From NCBI GenBank assembly GCA_965219995.1, contig CBDCOX010000002.1, positions 3,904,001 to 3,968,000 of the forward strand: a DNA stretch of 64,000 bases. The letters run 5' to 3'. This DNA is from Candidatus Latescibacterota bacterium. GTDB lineage: Bacteria; Latescibacterota; UBA2968; GCA-2709665. A program made the translations under genes and the position numbers. This document shows positions 1 through 9,616 of this stretch, piece after piece (positions within the stretch are counted from its first letter, which is position 1; the number at the start of each line of letters is the position of its first letter). The notes under the pieces are model-generated. The model saw nothing but the letters and a program-made list of their open reading frames with translations, was not told the origin of the DNA and did no database searches.

Positions 1-143
1 AAAAGATCGCGGGCCCCTGGAAGATCGACGCGCTGGACGACCTGGCAACGGAACGCACGCTTGAAACGCTCGATCCGGAGATTCAACGCATCCTCAAGGG
101 CGAACAGACGGGCAGGGTCGTCGTCAACCTGACTGAAGAATGA
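1..143 (+). CDS. 3' end of YhdH/YhfP-family (acryloyl-CoA reductase-like) MDR oxidoreductase, partial
   Basis: Frame 3 reads KIAGPWKIDALDDLATERTLETLDPEIQRILKGEQTGRVVVNLTEE*, which matches the typical 'ILxGxxxGRxVV' C-terminus; the stop overlaps the next ATG (ATGA). Confidence 0.7.
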   Translation, partial: KIAGPWKIDALDDLATERTLETLDPEIQRILKGEQTGRVVVNLTEE

Positions 144-1141
144 ACCGCGCGAAGATCGGCGTTATCGGCCTCGGTCGATTCGGCGTCCAGCACGCCCGCG
201 TCCTGGCCCAGCTGCCGCAGGTGGAACTGACCGCGGTCTGCTCGCGCTCTGCCGAACGCGCCGCGTGCGTCGCCTCAACATATAATGTACCAGGGCATTA
301 TACCGACTATCGCGACCTGATACGTGACCCCGACGTCGAGGCGATCGACATCGTCACGGAAGTGGACCGGCACACCGAGATCGCCCTCGCCGCGCTTCGT
401 CTGCACAAACACGTCTTCAGCGAAATCCTGCTGACCGACAGTCCGGATGAGAACGACCGGCTCGTCGAAGAGGCGGAAAAAAGCGGCGCCGTGTTCATGG
501 TCGGCTTCCTCGAGCGGTTCGACGTGCGGCGCGCCAACATCAAACGGAAAATCGACGCGGGTGAACTCGGCGAACTCGTCTCCATCTACGGCCGTCGCAA
601 TATCTGGCGCGGCATCCTGGACGCGCCGCGATTCAAGCCCTGGCCGCTCGTGCTGCAGCCAGGGATTCACACCGTCGACCAATTGCTCTGGATGGCCGGA
701 GAGGACGTCCGGGAAGTCTATGCCCGATCGCGCAGCATGGCGGAGCCGGGCCGCCCGGATACGTGGTGGGCCATGCTCACTTTCGAGAGCGGTCTCGTCG
801 GCGTCATCGAGCAGAGTTTCTTCATGCCCGACGGGCGGCTCTACTGGTCCAACGCGGGCCTGGAAGTGGTCGGCACGGACGGGACGGCTCACATTACCGA
901 ACCGAACGACGCCTCCTGGGTCTGGACCCGCGACGCGACGTCCAGCCCGGATCTCTATCTCTCGCCGGAACTCCATGGCAGGATCGTCGGCGCGCTGGAG
1001 CAGGAACTCGCCCACTTCGCCGACTGCGTCATCGGAGGTCGGGATCCGCAACAGGGGACATTGCAGGACGCGCGCAATGCCCTGAAGGTGGGTCTGGCCA
1101 TCGTGGAATCCGCGCGCGAACAACGGGCGGTTCATTTATAG
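140..1141 (+). CDS. Gfo/Idh/MocA family oxidoreductase
   Basis: N-terminal Rossmann motif GVIGLGRFG, KHVFSE (EKP-like), VGFLERF, GIHTVD. Confidence 0.9.
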   Translation: MNRAKIGVIGLGRFGVQHARVLAQLPQVELTAVCSRSAERAACVASTYNVPGHYTDYRDLIRDPDVEAIDIVTEVDRHTEIALAALRLHKHVFSEILLTDSPDENDRLVEEAEKSGAVFMVGFLERFDVRRANIKRKIDAGELGELVSIYGRRNIWRGILDAPRFKPWPLVLQPGIHTVDQLLWMAGEDVREVYARSRSMAEPGRPDTWWAMLTFESGLVGVIEQSFFMPDGRLYWSNAGLEVVGTDGTAHITEPNDASWVWTRDATSSPDLYLSPELHGRIVGALEQELAHFADCVIGGRDPQQGTLQDARNALKVGLAIVESAREQRAVHL

Positions 1142-1157
1142 GCAGGGAGGAGACCTA

Positions 1158-2462
1158 ATGACGTCCAGCGACACGTACCGGATCGGCGTGGCCGGTGAAG
1201 ACATCACACCGCCGGTGGGCATCTACCTGGCCGGGTTCGCCGCCCGCACGGACCCCTCCACGGCCGTTTATCATCCCCTGAAAGTCAACGCCATCGCCAT
1301 AGACGACGGCAGCGATCCGCTGCTCATCGTCAGCGCCGAAATCCTGGGTTTCTACGAACACACGCCGCATGTCCGGTCCCGCATTTCGGCGGCGACGGGT
1401 ATCGCTTCTTCAAACGTCATTCTGAGCGGGTCCCACACCCACTGCGGTCCCTGCATCCGCGACATGGACCGGCATCGCCACGGCGACCTGGACGAGAATT
1501 ATATCGCGGATCTCTTCGAGAAGGTCACCCGTTGCGCGGCAACCGCGTGGGAAGGCCGGTCGCCCGCCCGGCTTCGTTTCGGGACCGGGAAGTGCGATAT
1601 CGCCGTATCCCGCCGGAAACCCGATGGGAAGGGCGGCGTTGAGTGGAAACCCGGCGCCGAAGCGCCACACGACCACGACGTGGCGGTTATGGTCGTCGAA
1701 TCTCCCCGCGGTGAGCGCCGAAGCGTCATCTTCAACTACGCGTGCCATCCCACCAGCCGGGCCGGCACGCTCATCGGCGGCGACTATGTCTGTTTCGCCT
1801 GCGACCAGGTGGAATCGATGTACCCGGGCGTCACCGCGTTCTTCCTCCAGGGCTGCGCGGGAGACCAGAAAACAAAACCGGTCGACCCCGCGTCGGATGC
1901 CTTCGGACACCGGACGATCGATGAAATCCGCGACATCGGCGTCCAGCTGGGCGAAACCGTGGCCGGCGTTGTCGCGTCGGACGCCCTCGAGCCGGTCGAC
2001 GGCCCGATCTCCGTGAGTCAGACCGTTCTCGGCCTGGATACCGAACCCGTCGACATGGACCTCGTGAAGGCCGGCCTGAACGACAACCGGGCGTTTGTGC
2101 AGGCCTGGGCCCGCCATCTGTTTGAATGCGTCGAAAACGATACTCCGGTCGCGACCAGCATTCCGTTTGAAATCCAGACCGTGCGTTTCGGAAACACGCT
2201 GGCGGTCGTCACGCTCGCGGGGGAGATGACCGTCGAACACGGCCTGCGCCTGAAACGGGAACTGGGCCCGCATTTCGACAACGTCTTGATTCTGGCGTAC
2301 ACCAATGACATCGTCGGTTACGTACCCGTCAGACGCCAGATTCCCGAGGGCGGCTACGAAGTCTGGTTCAGCCAGCAGTACTGGAAACGTACGGGACCCT
2401 ACGTGGCCGCCACCGAAGACCGGATTCACGCCGCCGTGAGCCGGGCTCTCGACATCACATAG
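1158..2462 (+). CDS. Neutral/alkaline ceramidase-like hydrolase
   Basis: DITPPVG.LAGF, SHTHCGP, NYACHPT, FLQGCAGD, GYVP..EGGYE motifs; GGAGG RBS upstream. Confidence 0.8.
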   Translation: MTSSDTYRIGVAGEDITPPVGIYLAGFAARTDPSTAVYHPLKVNAIAIDDGSDPLLIVSAEILGFYEHTPHVRSRISAATGIASSNVILSGSHTHCGPCIRDMDRHRHGDLDENYIADLFEKVTRCAATAWEGRSPARLRFGTGKCDIAVSRRKPDGKGGVEWKPGAEAPHDHDVAVMVVESPRGERRSVIFNYACHPTSRAGTLIGGDYVCFACDQVESMYPGVTAFFLQGCAGDQKTKPVDPASDAFGHRTIDEIRDIGVQLGETVAGVVASDALEPVDGPISVSQTVLGLDTEPVDMDLVKAGLNDNRAFVQAWARHLFECVENDTPVATSIPFEIQTVRFGNTLAVVTLAGEMTVEHGLRLKRELGPHFDNVLILAYTNDIVGYVPVRRQIPEGGYEVWFSQQYWKRTGPYVAATEDRIHAAVSRALDIT

Positions 2463-2506
2463 GATTGGAAAGGCCGAAACAATCCTGCATCTCCGGCTCG
2501 GCCGAT

Positions 2507-4414
2507 ATGACAGACGCGTTGCCCGAAATCGCCCTGGTCCAGATGGACGTGAAGCCGGCGCGGCCGGACCTGAACGTGGAGCGGATGCTGCGTTACATCG
2601 ACAGGGCGCGGGAGGCGGGCGCGGAACTGGTCGTCTTTTCGGAACTCTGCATTCCCGGCTACATCCTGGGCGACCTGTGGGAGGTGGACGCGCTCGTCGA
2701 GGATTTCGCGGCGTACAGCGATACGATCCGGGAGGCAAGCCACGACATTGTCGTACTGTTCGGCAACGTGGCGGTGGACCGGGCGAACATCGGCGAGGAC
2801 GGCCGGATACGCAAGTACAATGCCGTCCACGTCTGCGCGGACCGCCGCTACGTGGCGCGCGAAAACGTCCCGGCCGGGCTGCCGCCGGGCGTACAGCCCA
2901 AGACGCTGCATCCGAACTACCGGTTCTTCGACGACGACCGCCATTTCTACTCGCTCCGGAAACTCGCCGATGACCGCGGGAGGTCGGTTTACGACTGGAT
3001 TGCGCCGTTCGAGGTCCGCCTAAGGGACGGCCGGACGTTCCGCTTCGGCGTGCAACTCTGCGAGGATATCTGGTGCCAGGACTACGGTTATGCGGACGAT
3101 ATCCTGGATACGCTGCGCGTCTTCCACGAACGCGGGGCACAGGCGCTGTTCAATCTGTCCTCGTCCCCCTGGACCTGGCAGAAGAACGTGAAGCGAAACC
3201 GGGTCGTCCGGGAGATACTGCGGCGTTCACCCCTTCCCGTCTTCTACTGCAACCACGTGGGGGCGCAGAACAACGGCAAGAACATCATCGTCTTCGACGG
3301 CGATACGACGGTCTATTCCCCCGGGGGCGACATTCTGCGCCGCGCACGTCCCTGGCGGGAGCAGATGGTCCTGAGCCGGGGCGGAAACCCACCGGCTGCC
3401 TCCCAGGACGAGATCGCCGCGATCCTCGATGCCATCCTGACCGGGTTGCGGCATCTGGACGACGTCCGCGAGAAGGAGAACCGGTTTCTGGTTGGCGTCA
3501 GCGGGGGCATCGACTCGAGCGTGGCGGTATCCATCCTCGCGCAGGCCTTCGGGCCCGAACGGGTGTTTGCGGTGAATATGCCCACGCGGTTCAACGCATC
3601 CATCACCCGGAATAACGCGAAGCAGGTCTGCCGTACCCTCGAAGTGGATTATCTGAGTTGCCCGATCCAGGACCTGTACGAGGCCCTGTCCGAGAAGATA
3701 AAGGACATGCGCTTTTCCAGGTCGCCGGGCGACTATACCCGCCTGGTCGACGAGAACCTGCAGGCGCGCATCCGGGGCGCGGATATCCTGCCCGCGCTGG
3801 CCGCGAAGTTCGGACTGGTCTTCACCAACAACGGCAACAAGACCGAAACAGCGCTGGGTTACGCCACGCTCTACGGGGACGTGAACGGCGCCGTGGCCCC
3901 GATTGCGGACCTCTACAAAGTGCAGGTTTATGAACTTGCGCGGTTCTTGAACGGGGAGGTGTTCGGCAGGGAGGTCGTTCCGGACAACCTGATCAGCGGG
4001 GAGACGGTACCCAGCGCGGAGCTGTCGGACGCCCAGGACGTGACCCGGGGCCTGGGGGACCCGATCAAGTACGGTTACCACGATGCCGTCCTGCGCCAGA
4101 TCATCGAATACCGGAAAGATCCGGTCGATTTTCTGCAATGGTTCGTGGACGGCGTCCTGCTGAACGAGATCGGGTGGAACGACAGGGAACAATTCCAGGC
4201 CTGGTTCCCCGACGTGAACGGCTGGATAGATGACCTGGAATGGGTCGCGCGGCAGCTGAGGATCAACTATTTCAAGCGCGTCCAGGCGCCGCCGATCATC
4301 GTGCTCAGCAAACGCGCCTTCGGGTTCGACCTTCGCGAAAGCCAGTTGCCGTCCTATCAAACACGGCGATATGGAGAATTGAAAGAGCTGGCGCTCCAGA
4401 TGGAAATACCTTAA
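2507..4414 (+). CDS. nadE: Glutamine-dependent NAD+ synthetase
   Basis: Nitrilase-like domain (FSELCIPGY, K, CEDIW triad) plus synthetase domain (GVSGGIDS, ENLQARIR, NKTETALGYATLYGD, PSAEL); ATG at 2507 preferred over TTG at 2465. Confidence 0.93.
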   Translation: MTDALPEIALVQMDVKPARPDLNVERMLRYIDRAREAGAELVVFSELCIPGYILGDLWEVDALVEDFAAYSDTIREASHDIVVLFGNVAVDRANIGEDGRIRKYNAVHVCADRRYVARENVPAGLPPGVQPKTLHPNYRFFDDDRHFYSLRKLADDRGRSVYDWIAPFEVRLRDGRTFRFGVQLCEDIWCQDYGYADDILDTLRVFHERGAQALFNLSSSPWTWQKNVKRNRVVREILRRSPLPVFYCNHVGAQNNGKNIIVFDGDTTVYSPGGDILRRARPWREQMVLSRGGNPPAASQDEIAAILDAILTGLRHLDDVREKENRFLVGVSGGIDSSVAVSILAQAFGPERVFAVNMPTRFNASITRNNAKQVCRTLEVDYLSCPIQDLYEALSEKIKDMRFSRSPGDYTRLVDENLQARIRGADILPALAAKFGLVFTNNGNKTETALGYATLYGDVNGAVAPIADLYKVQVYELARFLNGEVFGREVVPDNLISGETVPSAELSDAQDVTRGLGDPIKYGYHDAVLRQIIEYRKDPVDFLQWFVDGVLLNEIGWNDREQFQAWFPDVNGWIDDLEWVARQLRINYFKRVQAPPIIVLSKRAFGFDLRESQLPSYQTRRYGELKELALQMEIP

Positions 4415-4416
4415 AG

Positions 4417-4872
4417 CGGGGAGACGGTAGAGGGTAGACGGGAGATGACATCCTTGCCCGATTGGATCGGCCTTATTGCCTCCGGCATGAGATGATACCG
4501 CAAGGGGCGATAAAAGCGTTGAGACGGAAGACGGTAGACAAGGTGAAAACCAACGACGATCTCCACTCATGTCTTGAGCTTAACGTAACGCGACTTCGGG
4601 ATGTTTAGCCGCAAATGAATAGGTGGGAGTTGACGCGCGCCCGTTAGACGGTCTAATCACTCCCCCCTTGAGGGGGAGTCGCAGAAGCCGAGCCGGTCCC
4701 TGAGCTTGTCGAAGGGCGGCGACGGCTGATGCGGTGGGGGGATTTCAGGAAATACAGTGGTCAGCGTTCAGCTTGAAGCAAGAGCTAAAAGCCAAACAGA
4801 AGAACACTTACATAAGGCACATCGCAAATCCGTTGCAAGGCGGGTTGTCATCTCCCGTCTTCCGTCTCCCCG
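4417..4872. mobile_element. MITE-like non-coding element with heptamer-periodic terminal inverted repeats
   Basis: Left end cggggagacggtagagggtagacgggagatgaca (4417-4450); the right end 4846-4872 reverse-complements to cggggagacggaagacgggagatgaca. The first 84 bp match 38445-38528 (reverse) at 72/84 without gaps. Confidence 0.65.
4659..4744. repeat. REP-like palindromic repeat (ACTCCCCCCTTGAGGGGGAGT...CCCTGAGCTTGTCGAAGGG...GCGGTGGGGGG)
   Basis: Hairpin actcccccc-ttg-agggggagt; both ends recur near-identically at 20961-21193. Confidence 0.8.
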
Positions 4873-4904
4873 AATCTGGAGATTTGTCAACGAGGTGAAC
4901 CGGA

Positions 4905-5774
4905 GTGACCTCAATTAAAGACGCAATTTCCCATATACAGGGAACCGTAGGGCTGTCGGCCAGGCACCTGGAGTCCGGGCGGGAGATCCAACACAATGCC
5001 GACGACGTGTTCTTCACCGCCAGCACGCTGAAAGTGCCGGTGCTCGTCGAGCTCTACCGCCAGGTGGACCGTGGCAGAATCGATCTGAACCGGCGCGTCG
5101 AACTCTCCGGCGAACTTCGCGTGCCCGGCTCAGGCATCCTCAAGGAAATGGCTCCGGGCCTCAACCCCACCGTACACGATCTGGCGATGCTGATGATCAT
5201 CATCAGCGACAACACCGCGACGGATATTCTGTATAACCTGGTCGGCGGAGACAACCTCAACAATACGATGCGGGAACTCGGCCTGTCGCGCACACGTATT
5301 CCGATGACGGTCAGGGAACTGCTCTTCAGCGTCGTCGGCCTGGACCCCGGGAACCCCGATCATACTTACGAAACGTGCGCAAGCCGGCTCTTCAACCAGG
5401 AATACGTGCCCGACGGCGCGGGTTACGACGTCGACCGGTCCGACGTTTCCTCACCCGGCGATATGTGCAAACTGCTGGAATCGCTGTATTCGGGCGATCT
5501 GCTTTCAGCCGCATCCCGGAACGGCGCCCTGGACATCCTGAAGCGACAGCAGCTCAGGACCGTGATTCCCCATGCGCTGCCCGTCGGGACCGACGTTGCG
5601 CACAAGACGGGCTTTTACGACGGTGTGCGCGCCGACGTGGGCATCGTCTACTCGCCGGCCGGTCCATACGCCGTTGCCATCATGGCCAAAGATGTGACGT
5701 GCCCCGACCGCCTGGTCTTCGACCTCAGCCTCGCCGCGCTTTCGAGGGCGGTGTACGACTCCATGGTCGGATAA
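4905..5774 (+). CDS. Class A beta-lactamase-related serine hydrolase
   Basis: ASTLK (SxxK), ISDNTATD (SDN), AHKTG; GTG start after GAGG; no signal peptide. Confidence 0.85.
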   Translation: MTSIKDAISHIQGTVGLSARHLESGREIQHNADDVFFTASTLKVPVLVELYRQVDRGRIDLNRRVELSGELRVPGSGILKEMAPGLNPTVHDLAMLMIIISDNTATDILYNLVGGDNLNNTMRELGLSRTRIPMTVRELLFSVVGLDPGNPDHTYETCASRLFNQEYVPDGAGYDVDRSDVSSPGDMCKLLESLYSGDLLSAASRNGALDILKRQQLRTVIPHALPVGTDVAHKTGFYDGVRADVGIVYSPAGPYAVAIMAKDVTCPDRLVFDLSLAALSRAVYDSMVG

Positions 5775-5809
5775 TCGGAATCCAGAGACGCATTGAGGAG
5801 ACACGCAAA

Positions 5810-6532
5810 GTGGGGATGGCCGTTGAAACCAACATGGACGCGCTCAGGGCTTCCCGATATCCGGGACGCGGCATCATTATCGGGCAGACGCCCGACGCTC
5901 GACACTACGTCCAGATTTACTGGATCATGGGGCGCAGCGCGGGGAGCCGGAACCGGGTCTTCATTGCCGACGGCCATACGGTCAGGACACGGGCTCTCGA
6001 CGAATCCGCGCTTGAAAATCCCGCTCTGGTTGTGTACCGCCCTGTCAGAGCCCTGAATGGCTGCCACATCGTTTCCAACGGCGACCATACGGACACGATT
6101 TTCGACGCGATTCGGCACGGCGGTACATTCGAATCCGCCCTGAATACCCGGACCTTCGAGCCGGATCCGCCCATCCTCACACCCCGGATCGCCGGTCTGG
6201 TCGACCTGGAGGACCGGTGCGTTGCCTATAAGCTCGCGATCCTCAAGGCCGTCGGCCGAAGTGGCGATTTCGCCGCCAGGCACTACTTCAATTACGAGAC
6301 GGGGATCCCGGGTGTCGGCCATTGCGTCACGACTTACAGCGACGACGGAGACCCGCCGCCGGCGTTTTCAGGCGAACCGTATGCCGTTGACCTGCACGAC
6401 AGGATTGAAACGACCCGCGACGATTACTGGGATGCCCTGAACCGGGAAAACAGGGTCTCGCTGCTCGTCAAGTTCATCCACGTTACGTCGGGAAAAACCG
6501 ACCTCAGCATCGTCAACAAGCACCAGGAATAG
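5810..6532 (+). CDS. IMP cyclohydrolase-like protein (PurO-like Ntn hydrolase)
   Basis: YPGRGIIIG, YWIMGRSAGSRNR, IVSNGDHTD, TFEPDPP..TPRI motifs; GAGGAG RBS at 5795; start GTG 5810 or ATG 5816. Confidence 0.8.
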   Translation: MGMAVETNMDALRASRYPGRGIIIGQTPDARHYVQIYWIMGRSAGSRNRVFIADGHTVRTRALDESALENPALVVYRPVRALNGCHIVSNGDHTDTIFDAIRHGGTFESALNTRTFEPDPPILTPRIAGLVDLEDRCVAYKLAILKAVGRSGDFAARHYFNYETGIPGVGHCVTTYSDDGDPPPAFSGEPYAVDLHDRIETTRDDYWDALNRENRVSLLVKFIHVTSGKTDLSIVNKHQE

Positions 6533-6534
6533 AG

Positions 6535-7251
6535 ATGGTGGCGACCCTCAAACATTTCTGGCCCGCGATCGTCTGCGCAGTCGTCGCGCTGGCGTTCTGG
6601 GACACGCCCTACGTCAAACCCTTCAGGGTCTTTATGGTCCAGGTACACGAAATGTGCCACGCGGCCGCCACGCTCGGTACCGGGGGCGAGGTTCTTGAGA
6701 TCCGCGTCAACTGGGACGAATCCGGCCACGCGAAGAGCCGGGGCGGCATCTTTCCGATCATCGCGTCGGCCGGTTACGTCGGATCGGCCTTCCTGGGCGC
6801 CATCTTCATCTACGTCAGCCTGTGGCCCACGCTCCAACGGATTCTGCTTGCCGGGATCGGATGCCTTTCCATCGGGGTGGCGGTGCTCTACACGCCATTG
6901 GGCAGCCTCGACTTCACGTTCGGAATCATAAGCGGCTTCGTTCTTCTGGTACCGGCCGTCCTGCTGCCGAGAGTTGCGCGCTGGGTGGCCACGTGGGTGG
7001 GCGTGATGCTCTGTCTCTACAGCCTCTACGACTTCCGCACCGATCTCTGGCTGTATACCGAACGCACCGATGCCGGCATCCTCGCCCGACATTGGGGCGC
7101 GCCGCTTCTGGCCTATCCGATCGCCCTGGTCTGGGCGCTGATCTCCGTATACGCGATGTATCGGTCCATGAAGTCCGTCGCGCGCAGGGGCCAGGACCGG
7201 GAATCCGGTAGCGTCTCTCAAGGCAACGCGGCTTCCCCGGGCGGGACCTGA
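6535..7251 (+). CDS. M50 family membrane metallopeptidase
   Basis: HEMCH (HExxH), SAGYVG, TDAGILA; multiple TM segments. Confidence 0.85.
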   Translation: MVATLKHFWPAIVCAVVALAFWDTPYVKPFRVFMVQVHEMCHAAATLGTGGEVLEIRVNWDESGHAKSRGGIFPIIASAGYVGSAFLGAIFIYVSLWPTLQRILLAGIGCLSIGVAVLYTPLGSLDFTFGIISGFVLLVPAVLLPRVARWVATWVGVMLCLYSLYDFRTDLWLYTERTDAGILARHWGAPLLAYPIALVWALISVYAMYRSMKSVARRGQDRESGSVSQGNAASPGGT

Positions 7252-7337
7252 CCCGGGGGCATCCCGATCTTGCGCCGATCGGGTCGGTCGCGGCGGCGCC
7301 CGTCTCAGGTTCATCGCAAATCTCGAGGTCATCCGCA

Positions 7338-8099
7338 ATGCATACCAGCAGCGTCATTTCCGCTACGGATTTCCAATATTGGCAACGTGGCACGAACGGT
7401 CCCGCTCGCGTGCCATTCTCGGCCTTCTGTCCCGACTATGAGGCGTCCGACCGTACGGGTTTCGTCTCGCCCTGCCTGGAAGACGGGATCCTGCACACCT
7501 CGCATGCGATTCTGGCCCTCACCACGGCGTTCTACGACGCCTGGCGCGACCGGACGGATGACTTCTTCATCTATCCCCAGCACTTCGCCATTCTCGACAT
7601 CTCGGCGGAAGGGGTCAATTCCGGAAGCGGGCGCCTGCGCCTGAACAGGGACCGCCTGGGATGGCCGTGGGGCAACCTGGACGTCTGGCCCGACTCGCAA
7701 TGGGTTCGGTCTGACGGCAGCGTATCCGGCGCGCTGAAGAAGGCGTTCGATCTCCATATCAACCGGCTCTTCTTGCCCGAGTCATTCGTCCCCGGCGCCC
7801 GCGAGAACCGGCTGCCCGGGTACGCGCTCAAGATCATGAGGACCCGCCTGAAGTCGGTGTATTTCTACAAGTCCGACAAACCCGATATCGAGATTCGCGC
7901 CAGATCGAACGCGAATGAGGTCGCGGCGCAAAGCGTATGGAGGCTGTCCCAACTGGAAGGGTTGTCGGCGGAGCATTTGGCGTTGGCAGGCGAAGAGGAA
8001 GATTCCAAAACAGGCCACTGTTACGTCGAACGATTTCGCAGGGCAGACCCCGGACAATTCCTGGAAGCCATGGGCGCTTGCTTCGAGAACGGTGGGTAG
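7338..8099 (+). CDS. Hypothetical protein
   Basis: GAGG RBS, co-oriented, protein-like composition (FFIYPQHF, LDVWP motifs); no family recognised. Confidence 0.7.
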   Translation: MHTSSVISATDFQYWQRGTNGPARVPFSAFCPDYEASDRTGFVSPCLEDGILHTSHAILALTTAFYDAWRDRTDDFFIYPQHFAILDISAEGVNSGSGRLRLNRDRLGWPWGNLDVWPDSQWVRSDGSVSGALKKAFDLHINRLFLPESFVPGARENRLPGYALKIMRTRLKSVYFYKSDKPDIEIRARSNANEVAAQSVWRLSQLEGLSAEHLALAGEEEDSKTGHCYVERFRRADPGQFLEAMGACFENGG

Positions 8100-8164
8100 G
8101 GCTCAGTCCCTTCGCTGCTCAGCCACATATTCACTTCCGCTTCCTCAGCGTCTCGACGAAAACC

Positions 8165-9541
8165 ATGACCCGGCTTTCGAGGTGTCCCGTGTCCAGCGCT
8201 GATACCCGATACAGAAGACCTGGCCGCGCCGATTCCGGAAGTCCCGTGAGAGTCGGGCTCATCGGCGCCGGAAAATTCGGCACGATGTTTCTGGCCCAGG
8301 CCCGCCGGATCCCCGGTCTGCACGTTCTGGGCGTGGCCGATCTGTCTGTCGATCGGGCGCGGGAGGCGCTTTCCCGCGCGGAGTGGCCGCCTGAACAAGC
8401 TGCCGCATCGGACTTCGAAGATGCACGCAAGAGCGGGGCGACGCACCTCACCGACGACGGCGATTCTCTGGTGGCCGCCGACGGTCTGGACGTTCTGGTC
8501 GAAGCAACGGGAAATCCGATGGCCGGAATCCACTACGCCCTGAAAGCCATCCACGAAGGTCGCCACCTGGTCATGGTGAACGTCGAAGCCGACGTTCTCG
8601 CGGGTCCCGTATTGGCGCAACGTGCGGCGTCGGCCGGTCTCGTCTACTCGCTCGCCTACGGAGACCAGCCCGCCCTGATCTGCGAACTCGTCGACTGGGC
8701 GAGGACCAACGGATTTGACGTCGTCTGCGCCGGCAAGGGTACGAAACAACGGCCCGTGTACCACGAATCGACCCCCGATACGGTCTGGGACCACTACGGA
8801 ATCGACGCGGAAACCGCTGCGCGAGCCGGGATGAATCCGAGGATGTTCAATTCGTTCCTGGACGGTACGAAATCGGCCGTCGAGATGGCCGCCGTCGCGA
8901 ATGCCACGGGGCTGGAACCGCAGCCGGAGGGATTGAACTTTCCGCCATGCGGCATCGACCGGCTGCCGGACCTATGCCGGCCCCGCAGCGCTGGCGGTTG
9001 TCTTTCCCACAAGGGAACCGTGGAGGTCATCTCCTGCGTGCAGCCCGACGGCACACCCGTCGATAACCACCTTCGATGGGGTGTCTACGTCACGATCGAG
9101 GGGTCGGGAGAATACATCCGGCGCTGCTTCACCGAATACGGGCTGCCCACGGACGACTCCGGTCGATACACCGCCATCTACCGCCCCTATCACCTGGTGG
9201 GCATGGAACTCGCGACCAGCGTGATGCGCGCGGGGCTGCACGGTGAGGCCACCGGCTGTCCCCGCGCCTTTGTCGCGGACGTCGCCGCTACCGCCAAGCG
9301 GGATCTCGAGGAGGGAGAAGTCCTGGACGGCGAAGGCGGGTACCGCGTTTATGGCAAACTCATGCCGGCAGCGAGTGCTATGAGGGAAGGCGTCCTTCCC
9401 ATCGGACTGGCGCACAAACTCAAACTGAAACGCGGAATCGTGGCCGGCCGGCCGATCCTTCGAGCCGACGTGGACCTGGACGAAGACAGCGACGTTTTCC
9501 GCCTTCGCAGGGAAATGGAAGGACAGTTGGAGGATTTGTAA
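8165..9541 (+). CDS. NAD(P)-dependent oxidoreductase with C-terminal SAF domain (homoserine-dehydrogenase-like)
   Basis: GLIGAGKFG, VNVEAD, GDQPA, SFLDGTKSAVEM, AKRDL..GEVLDGEGG; start 8165 or GTG 8189. Confidence 0.85.
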   Translation: MTRLSRCPVSSADTRYRRPGRADSGSPVRVGLIGAGKFGTMFLAQARRIPGLHVLGVADLSVDRAREALSRAEWPPEQAAASDFEDARKSGATHLTDDGDSLVAADGLDVLVEATGNPMAGIHYALKAIHEGRHLVMVNVEADVLAGPVLAQRAASAGLVYSLAYGDQPALICELVDWARTNGFDVVCAGKGTKQRPVYHESTPDTVWDHYGIDAETAARAGMNPRMFNSFLDGTKSAVEMAAVANATGLEPQPEGLNFPPCGIDRLPDLCRPRSAGGCLSHKGTVEVISCVQPDGTPVDNHLRWGVYVTIEGSGEYIRRCFTEYGLPTDDSGRYTAIYRPYHLVGMELATSVMRAGLHGEATGCPRAFVADVAATAKRDLEEGEVLDGEGGYRVYGKLMPAASAMREGVLPIGLAHKLKLKRGIVAGRPILRADVDLDEDSDVFRLRREMEGQLEDL

Positions 9542-9616
9542 GCGCGAGAACGTATCGCAGTTCAATCACTCCCCTCTCTCCGCATCTGAAAATCTGCCAA
9601 CGAGGAAATTTCGCCA

